A stretch of 63,425 bases of DNA, the filler included, from Reclinomonas americana ATCC 50394 (Eukaryota): assembly GCA_048213135.1 (NCBI GenBank). It is 17 parts of 17 records of this genome, joined end to end, with 100 filler letters (N's around TTAATTAATTAA, not from the genome) between each part and the next. Parts side by side here need not be neighbours in the genome. Positions count along the whole stretch, not along the records: positions 39,245 to 46,250 come from AFZH01021265.1; positions 46,351 to 47,653 come from AFZH01021266.1; positions 47,754 to 56,469 come from AFZH01021267.1; 14 more parts are not named here. One strand, 5' to 3'. The first letter of the stretch is position 1; each line of letters begins with the position of its first letter. Below are positions 42,784 to 53,876 of the stretch, in pieces. Under the pieces are notes generated by a model. It had not been told where the DNA came from and ran no database searches. It was given only the letters and a program-made list of their open reading frames with translations. A program made the translations under genes and the position numbers.

Positions 42784-45690
42784 ATGGATCCAGAGACCGA
42801 CGATGAACATGAACGCCTACAGAGCATTGTGTTCCCCCCACTCAGCGAGAGCACCAACATCGTCCTTGTTGCGTTCTACTTCCCAGTGCACTCTCTCTTC
42901 CGTGTGATTGCATTCTCGCTCGCTGGCCTTTGACGATATCCCTGTGTGTACTCCTTGTTGCAGTGTTTACCAATGGCATGGGAGGTGCCGACCGTCAAGA
43001 GAATTGTCCGCATGCTTTTGAGTCTCTCGCGTCTGGATCGCGCCGATGAGCGCTCTGTCAGCTTCTCGGTGGTGCTGTACGGCCAGCACACGCCGGCGGC
43101 GATCTTCCAAGTGCTCACCAACGACCGCCAGCCCCTGTTTGACTTTGCGGCGCGCGCCGAGGACTATACCGAAGCGCCTCTGGATGTGGATGCGGAGGGC
43201 GACGCGGCTGTGGCGGCCACCCAGAATTCCGGTGTAGCCAGCGCTATCAAGATCGCTGCGCAACACCTGGACACGTACGTGCGACAGAACTCCAAGCGTC
43301 TTGTGGTGTTGGTGACTGTAGGTTGGTGTCCACTTGCTTGCGCAGCTGCTTTGTCGTCGTTGTTTTCCTCGATCTGACAACAAGTACTTCACTTGCAGGC
43401 GCGCTGCCATTCCCGCAGATTGCCAAGATGGAGGCCAAGTGCTCGCTGCACGACGCCAAGATCCCGACCGTGGTGTTCGCCCTGCGCGCCCCTCGCGACG
43501 ACGCTGCGCGTGAGGACATCAAGCTGCTCGGCACCTCGCAGCGCAACACATTCTTTGTCAACTCGCGAGAGCAGGTCGAGAAGTTGTTTGCCCCGGCGTC
43601 GGTCACCAGCAATTCATACATACGGTGTGTTTGTGCGCTCTCATGTCGCGTGCAGTTGTCGTGTAACTCGCTCATAGTCCACTTCACAGCCCCTCGGTGA
43701 CCACTGGAAAACGCACATCGTCCGAGCTGATGCTCAAGTTCTCGATGCCGAGCGGGTCGCTGCTGGACTTCAACCTCGACAGGATCCACATTGAGCGCAA
43801 AGTGCGAAACCGCTGGCCCGACGGCAAAATGCGAGGTATCGTGTGGCTGCGTTCTTCAGCAATTGCAAAAACCTAGGCCTCTTCGTGCAGTCACACTCAC
43901 ATGTCGTGCACGGCTTCTGCTACAGTGCATTGGAAGATTGTGGGTGAAGCCGACGTGAGCATCAACGAGTACTGGGTGAGCGGGCTGCCTGCCGATGAAC
44001 TGGTGACGCTGCGCGTGCAAGGCATTCGTGCAGATAACACGCGGACTCCGTTCTCGGACGAGACCGATTTCTTCACTCTCCGTGGTGCGTTTCACACTCA
44101 CCCTTTATCACCGGTGTGCTCGTCGCTCACCTGTGTATACCGCAGCACCTCGCATCTATCAAGACAACTTGGAGGAGGCACGCAAAAACACTCTGCAGAC
44201 CATCAACGAGTACCAGCGCAACTGCCCCGCTGAAGTGGGTGCCTACAACATTCTGTTTGTCGGTCTCAGAGTTGCGTTGTGCGCCTGCGACCACCCACCA
44301 CACGACGCTCGTCGTTGCTGACTCTTCCATGTGTTGGTGTGATAGAATGGTGCAAAGAGTGCCACCATCAACACCATGGCCAGCGCACTGAACAACCGCT
44401 TCTTCTCGGTCGCACCGAGCTGCCCTTCAGATGATGGTGTGACGCAGAAGAAGGTCACCTACGCCGTGGCGGACCATCTGAACCTGATTGACTGCTGGGT
44501 GAGTGTTGAGACCTGTCATGCGCGACCCACTGCTTCGCTATTCACGACGCTCACTGTGCACATATCAGGGCTACCTCTCGAACGCTATCCGTCAGCCCGG
44601 CAACGCGGAAGGCGTCTACCGCCCACCAGCAGAGCCTACAAAAACCAACTTCTCGAGGGACGTGACAAAGGCCCTGGTGGATGGCACCCTGCCGGACGAC
44701 TTTCGATTCAACGATGATCTGAAGCGCGTCGAGAGGAAGGGCGGCTTGTGGAGGGGCGGTATAGTCCGCCGTGTGCATGGCGTCATTCTGTGCTGCCACG
44801 TGAACATGCTGGGCCACGAGGACAAGATGTTGGCGTTGCGCGAGTTGGGCCAGCTTCTCAGCGAACAGGGCCTGCAGCCGATGGTGGTTCTGGCCGGCAT
44901 GGACTTGGTCGACCCGCGTCTGCGACACAAGAACGCCATTCGCGCTCTCGAGAGTGACTTGGTGGACAAGACGCTGGAACGCTTTGCCGAACAGAGCGGT
45001 ATCCGGCCATCAACTCTCTTCCCAACTGTATCGTACACTGGGCCGAACTCGTACCGCGATGAGGGAGCGGAGGTGCTTGTGCTGCTGCCGCTGATGCACG
45101 CATTGTCTGCTGCAGAGGATTTTGTTAAGCACCTGATTCGCAAAGCCGGCGGCAGCATGACAGGCTGCAGCGCTCGCCCACAGCGACCTTCGTGGACAGC
45201 CAGTAGTCCCGGCGCCAACTCTGACGATGACTCGGATTCGGAGGCGTCGCCGCCGAGAGCGCGAGTGAACATGGCCGCAGCGCCCCTCAGCGCTCGCGGT
45301 GGTCGTCGCCAGTCGGAACAGGCGCCGCTGTCTGCAGCAGTGTTCGCGCAGCAGCCGTCTGTACCGGTATTTGCGCAGCCGCCGGTGCCCGCACCAGCGA
45401 TCGCCAGTCCGTTTGGTGGTGCGGGTGCTGCCGGCGTGGCTGGTGCTTGGGCACGCCCGACCTTTGACTTCGCATCACCTGTGCATGCGTCGCACTCGAG
45501 CGCCAACAGCAGGGTGACGCTACCGCAAAGCGATGTGGCTTCGGTGACGTTACACTCGCCGACCACTCCGGTGAACGCTTCGCGATCCGGTAGCTCCTGT
45601 CTCCTGGTCGGCTCCTTGGTAGCTACTTCGGCTCCGTCTGGTCGCACACCGGCCGGCGACGTTCGACCTAGATCGCGAATTCGTGTTTAG
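42784..45690 (+). CDS. vWA - FN3 - IFI44-like GTPase paralogue with altered Walker A
   Basis: NIVL|CLP..FSVVLYG..RLVVLVTVG (vWA); VSGLPADELVTLRVQGI..RTPFS (FN3); NILFVGLR|NGAKSATINTM, LIDCW|G, LVDGTLPDDFRF, VHGVILCC, PMVVLAGMDLVD, LFPTVSYT..EVLVLLPLMHALSAAEDF; then a Pro/Ala/Ser-rich tail. The start could extend to ATG 42623. Confidence 0.8.
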
Positions 45691-46350
45691 TATCACGACT
45701 CGGCCTGAATGTACTCGATAATTCTGTCACCACCTGTTTGCTTCAGTTAGCTGCGACTTCAGTGCACAGTGACAAAAGCCCGCGACGTCGGTGATCTAGT
45801 TGTCACGTAGCAACGGAAATTTTATCATTGAATGACTGACAGTCAGAAACATTCCGACAAAAAAGGAAAGCAAAAAAGGCGGGAAATCAAGTCAGCAACG
45901 GTTGTCAACTGTGTGGCAACGACAGGGGAGGGGGTGCAAGGGCAACAACAAAGCACAACAGAGGCAAATGGGGAGCCCAGAGAAACAACTGAATAGGGAG
46001 AGAGAGAGGGAGGAAAAGTAGAGAGAGATATGCATGCACCCCCTCCCCCCACCCACCCCCTACTGATTCCCAAGCTCACCTTTCACCTGCAAGTGCACGT
46101 GCCGAGAAAACGTATGCGAGGTGACACAAATGAAGGCATACCACTTACATGAGTCCACAGCCAGCAGGCAAATATATATTGTACGTGAATAAACACTCGA
46201 CGTAACTATTTCTCCTGTTGACGATGAGCAAGAGCAACAAAGCAGCGACANNNNNNNNNNNNNNNNNNNNNNNNNNNNNNNNNNNNNNNNNNNNTTAATT
46301 AATTAANNNNNNNNNNNNNNNNNNNNNNNNNNNNNNNNNNNNNNNNNNNN

Positions 46351-47411
46351 AGCGTCTTGCCCGTGAAGGCAGAGGCGCAGCATCGACATGAGTAATGGCC
46401 GCTGGCGGTTGGGTCTCCAGTTTCGCAACGAGCATGGAGACCGGGGCAGTTGAGGGGGTTGTGCCTCGAATCAGACCGAAAGAGAGCAAGTGACAGAGCA
46501 AGCAAACGAGGGGAAGGGGGAAAACTTGGACAAGGGGGAGAGGAAGAGGGAGAGAGAAAAAGGGGAAAAGAAAGCGATCCGTTGGACTGAAAAAAACAGA
46601 CAACGTGGAGCGCGAGAAACAAAAAATAAGAGACGAATGGTCGCGAAAGCACACTTGAGGCTTGAATGATATGCACCGCGAGAAACAAGAAAAACACGTA
46701 AGAGACATGCTCAGCCACTCAAAATGAGCATGACAGAAGGAAGAGAAGACACGTACGTTACAACAAACAAACAACAAATAACACTAACAAATAAGAGAAA
46801 TTGTACAACCCACCACACAATGACAGCGATCGTGAGGGTGGAAATAAACAACAAAACACAAAACATTACACACATGAACACATGAACACATGAACACACG
46901 AACACATACACACATGAACAGAGTATAACTAGGAACCAGATTTCTGCCTGGTTCACGGTAATCGTGAAGTACATGCCGCACGACAATGGGGACCGGCAGA
47001 CAACAGCCGGCACATTCGCGTTGCAACTGGTGCGGCCGGCAGTGACTGCCGAAAGGTGGTGTGCTGTCGAATCCTGCATCGGTGAACACTTGTAAGAAAT
47101 GAGCAAACGAGGGCTGCTGTGGACGCGCACAAACCACACACACCTTCTGCCAATCGGCCAACGTGTCGCACACATGTACAATCGGCGAGTTTCGACAGCG
47201 TTGTCACTCACCAACGCACTGACCGGCCGGTCGCCATTCTTCCCATGGACACTGCAGCTGCTCGTGAGAAAATCGTCACTCTCACCTCAGTTGGGCGTGT
47301 ACCACGATCACTTACCACGGAGCTCCATCGTCGCCGGCACTCGCTATCCCTCCCCGCCCACTGCACATCATCATCGCCTCACTCGATCGCCCACAAGCTC
47401 GGCATGTCGCT
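46351..47411 (-). CDS. Short exons of an unidentified minus-strand gene
   Basis: Several AG/GT-bounded GC-rich segments (RHAELVGDR, QCPWEEWRPA, MCDTLADWQK). It may be the continuation of the membrane-protein gene across the gap. Confidence 0.3.
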
Positions 47412-47753
47412 GATTCTTTTCCGCACTCTGTTTCGTGGAGTGGGGAGTGAGCTAGCAAACGACAGAAATAAGGGAGAAGGAGAGAGACAGAGCGCGGAGA
47501 AACATAGAGAAAAAGTAATGTGGAGAAGCTGACACAGACAATGACAGAAACACAAAGAGCGACAGAGAGAGAGAGGGAGAGAGAGACGAACACACATAAA
47601 GAGCAAGAGAGCAACAGAATGAGTGTGTGTGTGTGTGAGACCAGTCATGTGACNNNNNNNNNNNNNNNNNNNNNNNNNNNNNNNNNNNNNNNNNNNNTTA
47701 ATTAATTAANNNNNNNNNNNNNNNNNNNNNNNNNNNNNNNNNNNNNNNNNNNN

Positions 47754-48806
47754 CACGAGCGGTGCCAGCTTGCCTTATTGCCGATGCCAAAATCGCTGGT
47801 AAAGAGCAGGCCAAACTTGCAAAACACCAGCGCGCTGCAGCAGAGCTCCCAGATGCCACTCTTCGTCAGCAGCGCGTTAATGGCCGCCACACCGCCAAGC
47901 GCCACACCAACTCCGTCCAACCCGTAGAAGATGATCGAGTACTGCGGCTCATCGGCCACCGTCTACACACAGTAGAGGTCGGTGGCCAGCAGCAACAAGG
48001 CACAACACGTGAAACGAACGAACGAACCAGCGCCAGTGTGCCCACCACCATCATGATGGTGCCGACAATCGAGTTAATGACCCACGGCCGGTGCAGCGAC
48101 GAGATGCCGAGACAGCACAGACAGCTGACACGCGAGCGCGGTCGGTTGTGCGTGATCAGTGCCGCTCCAACGTACCCAAACAGAAAGTACTGCCACGACA
48201 CAATAAGCACTGAGGAAACACGGCCTTCAGCTTTTTCTCCACGAGTCTCACATCAGCAGCATCCAAGGCAGAGAAGGCCGGGTAACCATGGTCACTGATG
48301 ATCCTGTGCATCAAGTATAAGAGACACGCGCGCAGTGAGACAGAGAAAGAGTCTGAAAATCCGACCTTCCGAACGCCATCAGCACGAGGATCACGGCCGA
48401 TAGAACAAGAAACGTCATGTGCTCTGTGGACAGAGAGAGAGCGAGTGAGAAAAGAGCATGCACCTCACCACCTCAAGCATCGCACACCAGTGCGCAGAGG
48501 TATCCTGCGTCCTTTGGTCACATGTCGTCGTTGCCACAATGCCTGCATGCGACCAGTCATCAATGCCCAATCTTCCACGCACACACACAGCGTATACTGC
48601 CGCACCAGAACGCCCATGAGCAACGTCTCCGCGAGCAACCCCGAGCCAGAGATGACGCCAGCCAAGGTATGCGAGAACGGAGATTTCTTTATGACAACGT
48701 CGAGCATGAGAAGTTGCATTGTGAAAGGAGGAGGAACGCAGAGGAGGCTTACCACTACAATAGTAAGCGCATTCACACACCACCCATCGTCTCCACTGAG
48801 TGCCAT
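47754..48806 (-). CDS. Multi-pass membrane protein, possibly TRIC/UPF0126-like (3' end in gap)
   Basis: Hydrophobic exons: KSPFSHTLAGVISGSGLLAETLLMG, SSVLIVSWQYFLFGYVGAALI, WVINSIVGTIMMVVGTL, IIFYGLDGVGVALGGVAAINALL. The family guess rests on a weak motif resemblance only. Confidence 0.55.
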
Positions 48807-48863
48807 TATGCGCAGTCTTCGCGGGTCCTGTGTGACACACTCTCTGCATATTGTCAACAGTCC

Positions 48864-51300
48864 ATGCGCAGACTGCTGCTTCTGTTACTGCTTCTGGCAG
48901 TCACAGTACGCGCACAAGGTCCCTTGCCTCCACCGCATACCAACCTTCCACCACGCCACTCACTCTTCCATTTGCAGAGTTGCTCACAGATCAACACTTG
49001 CACACTCACACTGACTGGTCGTCGTCGTCGTCGTCCCCGCGTGTGCGCACTGGTGACTTGTGGTTGCTCCGTGAACGCATCCCCGACGCGTCTGGAGTGG
49101 AAGCATTCCTCTTTGATGCGGATGAGACGCACAAGTCATTCGCGCTCTCGTTGAATGGCTTTGATTGGCTGCAGGATGCTGGTACGAGTGTCTCTCTGCT
49201 GGTGCTGCTGTTACATAACGCATGTTGAGAGCTTCTCTCGTGTGTCTACAGTGGCAGAGGCTGTGGAGAAAGAGAAGCTGGGTCTCGGAGCGTTGCATAT
49301 GACGGTGTATGTCATGCGGAAAAAGTTTGAAGATGAAGGCGTGATGCCCGAGTTGTCGTCGATGAAGGTGCGTGTGACGACTGAGATGCTTTGTTGCGCC
49401 TTGTTGCGTGACTGGGAGACAGACGGCTGCACCGGGAGTTCGTACTGCGGGCAAGCGACCGGTGGTGCCGAGGCGCACGGTGGGACTGTTTGTGGATGGT
49501 CGCGTGCATACGTTGTTGGTGGAGGCTGATGGCTCGGATGTGGAGGCTGCTGGTGCGTGCGCGCAAGGGTGAAGATGCCTTTTTTCGTGTGACTGATAGC
49601 CTCACGTTGTCGTCGGCCAGTGGCCAAGTTCGTGTCGACCAGGACGATTGAGAGAGAATTCGTGCCGGCAATGGTGCACGCTGCGCGTATGCAGCTGGAG
49701 GCACACGATCCGGAGGTACGTCACTCTCCCTTGGGCGTTCCCACCCTCTCGTTGCGCTGTCTCACACGTTCGTACACCACAGCCGACGCAGTTGCCGTAC
49801 AGCATGGCCCGCATGCAGTACCTCCGTAAGGGCTTTGTGGTGCCTCTCACCGAGCCCGCCATTGTCGAGGAGAATCCGGTGGTGGTCATGGTGGATGCAC
49901 TGCGTAACCACGTGGGCGTGCTTGGTGCGTGGTCACCCTGCCTTCCCTCCCGTTCCCTCCACTTCCCTCCCCTTCCCTCCCCTTTCCCCCCTTTCCCCCC
50001 TTTCCCCCCTTTCCCTCCCCTTTCCCTCCCCTTTCCCTCCCCTTTCCCTCCCCTTTCCCTCCCCTTCCCTCATCCACTGCTTTGCCTGACACTTGATGGC
50101 AGCCGACGACCCGCGAAAGCCTTCGTACCGCTGCTCCTTCATTCAGCATCCGTTCCCCCAGAGGAAGAAATGTGCGCCGTTGATTGCCGCTGCACGCAAG
50201 TGGGTAGAGAACAATGTGGAGGTGCGTCTCCACATCACTTCTTTCCTCGCCTCAGTTCACTCCTCTCATCGCCTGTGATGCAGCGTGTCGCCACACACTT
50301 CCTGCCCCCGCCGCCACCCACATCGGAACCACCACCGCTGCCGCCACCGCCACCGCGCAGTCCCTACTTTATCGGTTCCGACACCATGTCGGGCGCCGAA
50401 CTTGCCGCGCTTTCCGCCCGCGTGCGCAGCGTCGGCCGTGTGCGCCCGTGGGAGTGCTCGTACCGCAACGGACTGAAGGAGAGCACCGGTCGCAACGAGC
50501 CGTCGGCTCCCGAAGACAACCTCGCCAGCTCCTTGTTTGTCAAGTCGCAGCCGCGACCCGTGGTTGGCCAACTGGCCACGATCGTGCTCGGCGTGTTCTC
50601 CATGGACGACAAGGAGGCGCAGCGTGACGACTTGCGCGAGACGTGGATGCGATACCCCAATGTGTATCACCGCACGCGCAACCCCGAGGGCTCGGTGCAG
50701 GTGGTGTTCGTGTTGGGTCGGCCGCGCAACGCGGAGCTGGCCAGCCGGTTGCGTGCCGAGCAGGAGAAACACGGCGACCTGTTCTTCTTGGACATTCGGG
50801 AGAACGTGAACGCCGGCAAGATGCACGACTGGCTGTCGTCGGCCGCAGATCACTTCCGCGGCACGAACGTGCGCTACGTGGGCAAGTGCGACCACGATGC
50901 CTTTGTGCGCACCGTACAGCTGGAGCGCGAGCTGTCCAAGCTGCCGCGTGAGCGGCTGTACTGGGGTGCCTCGCTCGTCGGCTATCGGGACGGCGTGGCG
51001 CTGGACTACATCATCTCCTTCACCAACCTGCTGTCGTGGGATCTGGTGGAGTGGCTGCGCCGTGCACCGCTGGGCAGCCTCGAGCACCTCGGCAACGACG
51101 ACTGCGCCACGGGTTCATGGTTCGCCATGGAGAACATGCCGGTGCACATGGTGGGCGACAGCCGCTTCCACGACTACCTCGGCAAGCTGCTGGCCATCAT
51201 TCCCGAACCGCTCAGCGAGCAGACAATCGCCGTGCACCGCGTTGACAGCCGCGACTTGCTGGATCTTCTCATGCGCCAGTACCCGTCAGAAGACGAATAA
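48864..51300 (+). CDS. GT31 (Galactosyl_T) glycosyltransferase, copy 1
   Basis: Signal peptide MRRLLLLLLLLAVTVRAQ; multi-exon N-terminal domain; Pro linker; IVLGVFS..RDDLRETW..VVFVLGRP..LRAEQEKHGDLFFLDIRENVNAGK..YVGKCDHDAFV..LSWDLVEW..DDCATGSW. Confidence 0.88.
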
Positions 51301-51409
51301 TATGCGTCCTATGGTGGTGGAATACAGCGGCATGCATGACGATCCTCCGATATCGATTACATGAACGTTCGCGACCCCGTCCTCTTCATCAACCGACTCG
51401 CTGGCATCC

Positions 51410-53823
51410 ATGCCACGCACACAGTCAATGCCGCTTCTGCTGCTGCTGCTACTGATCACCGCAGTGTGCGCACACGATGGTACGATGCACACACGCACAG
51501 CAAACACAGTGTTCGCGCGCTTTCTTACACATGCTCTCTCTCTCACACACACACACAGCGACTCACACTCACGAGAACGATCACACACCACCGCGCCCAC
51601 CATCGCCATCATGGACACTGTCAACAGGGTCATCGTCATCGGCGAGACAACGTGTGGGCGACATGTGGTTGCTGCGTGAGAAGGGATCGCACATTCCGGG
51701 CTTCACTCTGACTGTGTACGATGCGGACGAGAAGTTCAAGACCATTCCCATTCCCTACGCTGGCTTTGTGTGGTTCGAGGACGCTGGTGAGGGAGCGAGT
51801 GAGTGAGAGAGAAAGAGAGATCGCGCGAAACAGCTTACGATTCCTCTGGATGGCATGCAGTGGTGGATGCGATCACCAAGGCAAATGCAGGCTTCAATGC
51901 TGCCCATGCGGGACTGCTGGTGTGTCGGCAGCTCACTACGCGAGACGGCGTGTGGCCGGAGCCTGCGCAGCTCAATGTTGCGTGCACACGTGCTTGTTTT
52001 CGTCCGCTGTGTTGTCTGTTGACTTTTGTTGTGCAGGCGGTGGCACCGGGAGTTCGCACCTCGGGGAAGCGTCCGGCTGTACCGCGGAGGAGAGTGGGTC
52101 TCTTTGTGGACGGCCATGTGCGCATCTTGTCGGTGCGAGTGGACGGTCGTGATGTGAACGAAGTCGGTATGTATGTCTCTCTGTTGTTTTCCTCTCTTGT
52201 CTCTTCCGCTCATTCCTGTGGACGACAGTGTCGTCGTTTGCGTCGGCGAATGCAATCGAGTCGGTGTTTGTGCCTGCCATGGCACTCGCAGTGCATCGTC
52301 AGCTGCAGACAAACGCCGAAGAGGTTTGTTTGTTGCACGCCATCGGTTTTGTCATTAGGGAGAATACTGTCGTCTCACCTCGCTGTGCGTGTTGCAGCCC
52401 CTGGATGTGCCTATCGGCATATCCCGCCTCCAGCACCTCCGCAAGGGCTTCGTGGTGCCACTCACGGAGCCCGAGGAGGCCGTTCAGCATCCGGTGGTGG
52501 TGATGGTCGGCGCCTTTCACCACGATGTGAACACGCTTGGTGCGTCCACTTGTCTCCTGTTTGGCATCCCTCTCCCTCACACTCTGTCGTGTGTTTGTTT
52601 GCAGCCGACGACCCACTGCAGCCTTCGTTTCGTTGCACGTTCATCCAACACCCTTTTCAAGAGAGGAGCAGATGCGCACCACTCATCGCTGCAGCGCGCA
52701 CGTGGATCGCGGCGAATGCAGAGGTTTGCGCTCATATCCTCCCTCTTCATCCCTCTCACTCACTCATGGCTCACCGTTCATGACTCCGCAGCGGGTCGCC
52801 ATTCACTTTCAGCCTCCACCACCACCCACCCTGGAGCCGCCACTATTGCCACCACCGCCACCACGCAGTCCTTACTTTGTTGGCTCGGACACCATGACTG
52901 GCGCCCAGCTGCTGGCACTTGCCACCAGCGGCCACCCAAACGTGGGTCGCATACGACCGTGGCGGTGCTCGTTCCAGACCTTTGATGGCTTCACGGGGCA
53001 TGCTGAGCGAACCCGCTACACCGTGTCGGATCCCGAAGACAACGTCTTCAGTTCCATGTTTGTCAAGTCGCAACCACGACCCGTGGTTGGGCGGATGGCC
53101 ACCATTGTGTTGGGGGTGTTCTCCATGGATGAACGGGAGGCGCAGCGTGACGACGTGCGCCAGACGTGGATGCGATACCCCAACGTGTATCACCGCACTC
53201 GCAACCCGAGTGGCTCGGTGCAAGTGGTATTCGTGTTGGGTAGACCGCGCAACGTGACTGTGGCACGACGGTTACGTGCGGAGCAAGAGAGACACGGCGA
53301 TCTGTTCTTTGTGGACATTCTCGAAAACCTCAACTCGGGCAAGATGCACGACTTTCTCGTGGCGGCAGCGGATCACTTTCGCGGCACCAACGTGCGCTAC
53401 GTGGGCAAGGTTGACCATGATGCCTTTGTGCGCACCGTGCAGCTGGAGCGTGAGCTGTCCAAGCTGCCACGCGAAAGACTCTACTGGGGACCGGGACTGG
53501 TGGCGTACCGTGACGGAGTGGCTCTGGACTACACAGTGAGCTTCATCAACCTGCTGTCGTGGGATCTGGTGGAGTGGGTGCGACAGGCACCGTTGGGCAG
53601 CCTGGAGCACTTGGGACTCGACGACTGCACACTGGGTTCGTGGTTTGCCACCGAAAATGTTCCGGTGCACTTTGTGGGCGACAGCCGCTTCCACGATCTG
53701 TTCGGCGCCGCCGACGCCATCATCTCGGAGCGACTGACAGAGGAGAGCATCGCGGTGCACCGAGTGCACACTGGTGAAATGCTGCGACTGTTCATGCGCC
53801 AGTTTCCACCTGACGATGAGTAA
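51410..53823 (+). CDS. GT31 glycosyltransferase, copy 2
   Basis: Same exon structure and motifs as copy 1 (ENLNSGK, YVGKVDHDAFV); stop at 53821-53823. Confidence 0.88.
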
Positions 53824-53876
53824 AATCCATTTTGAGTGAGAGAGCGATTTGGTTGAAAAAAACGAAGAAGACGGAC

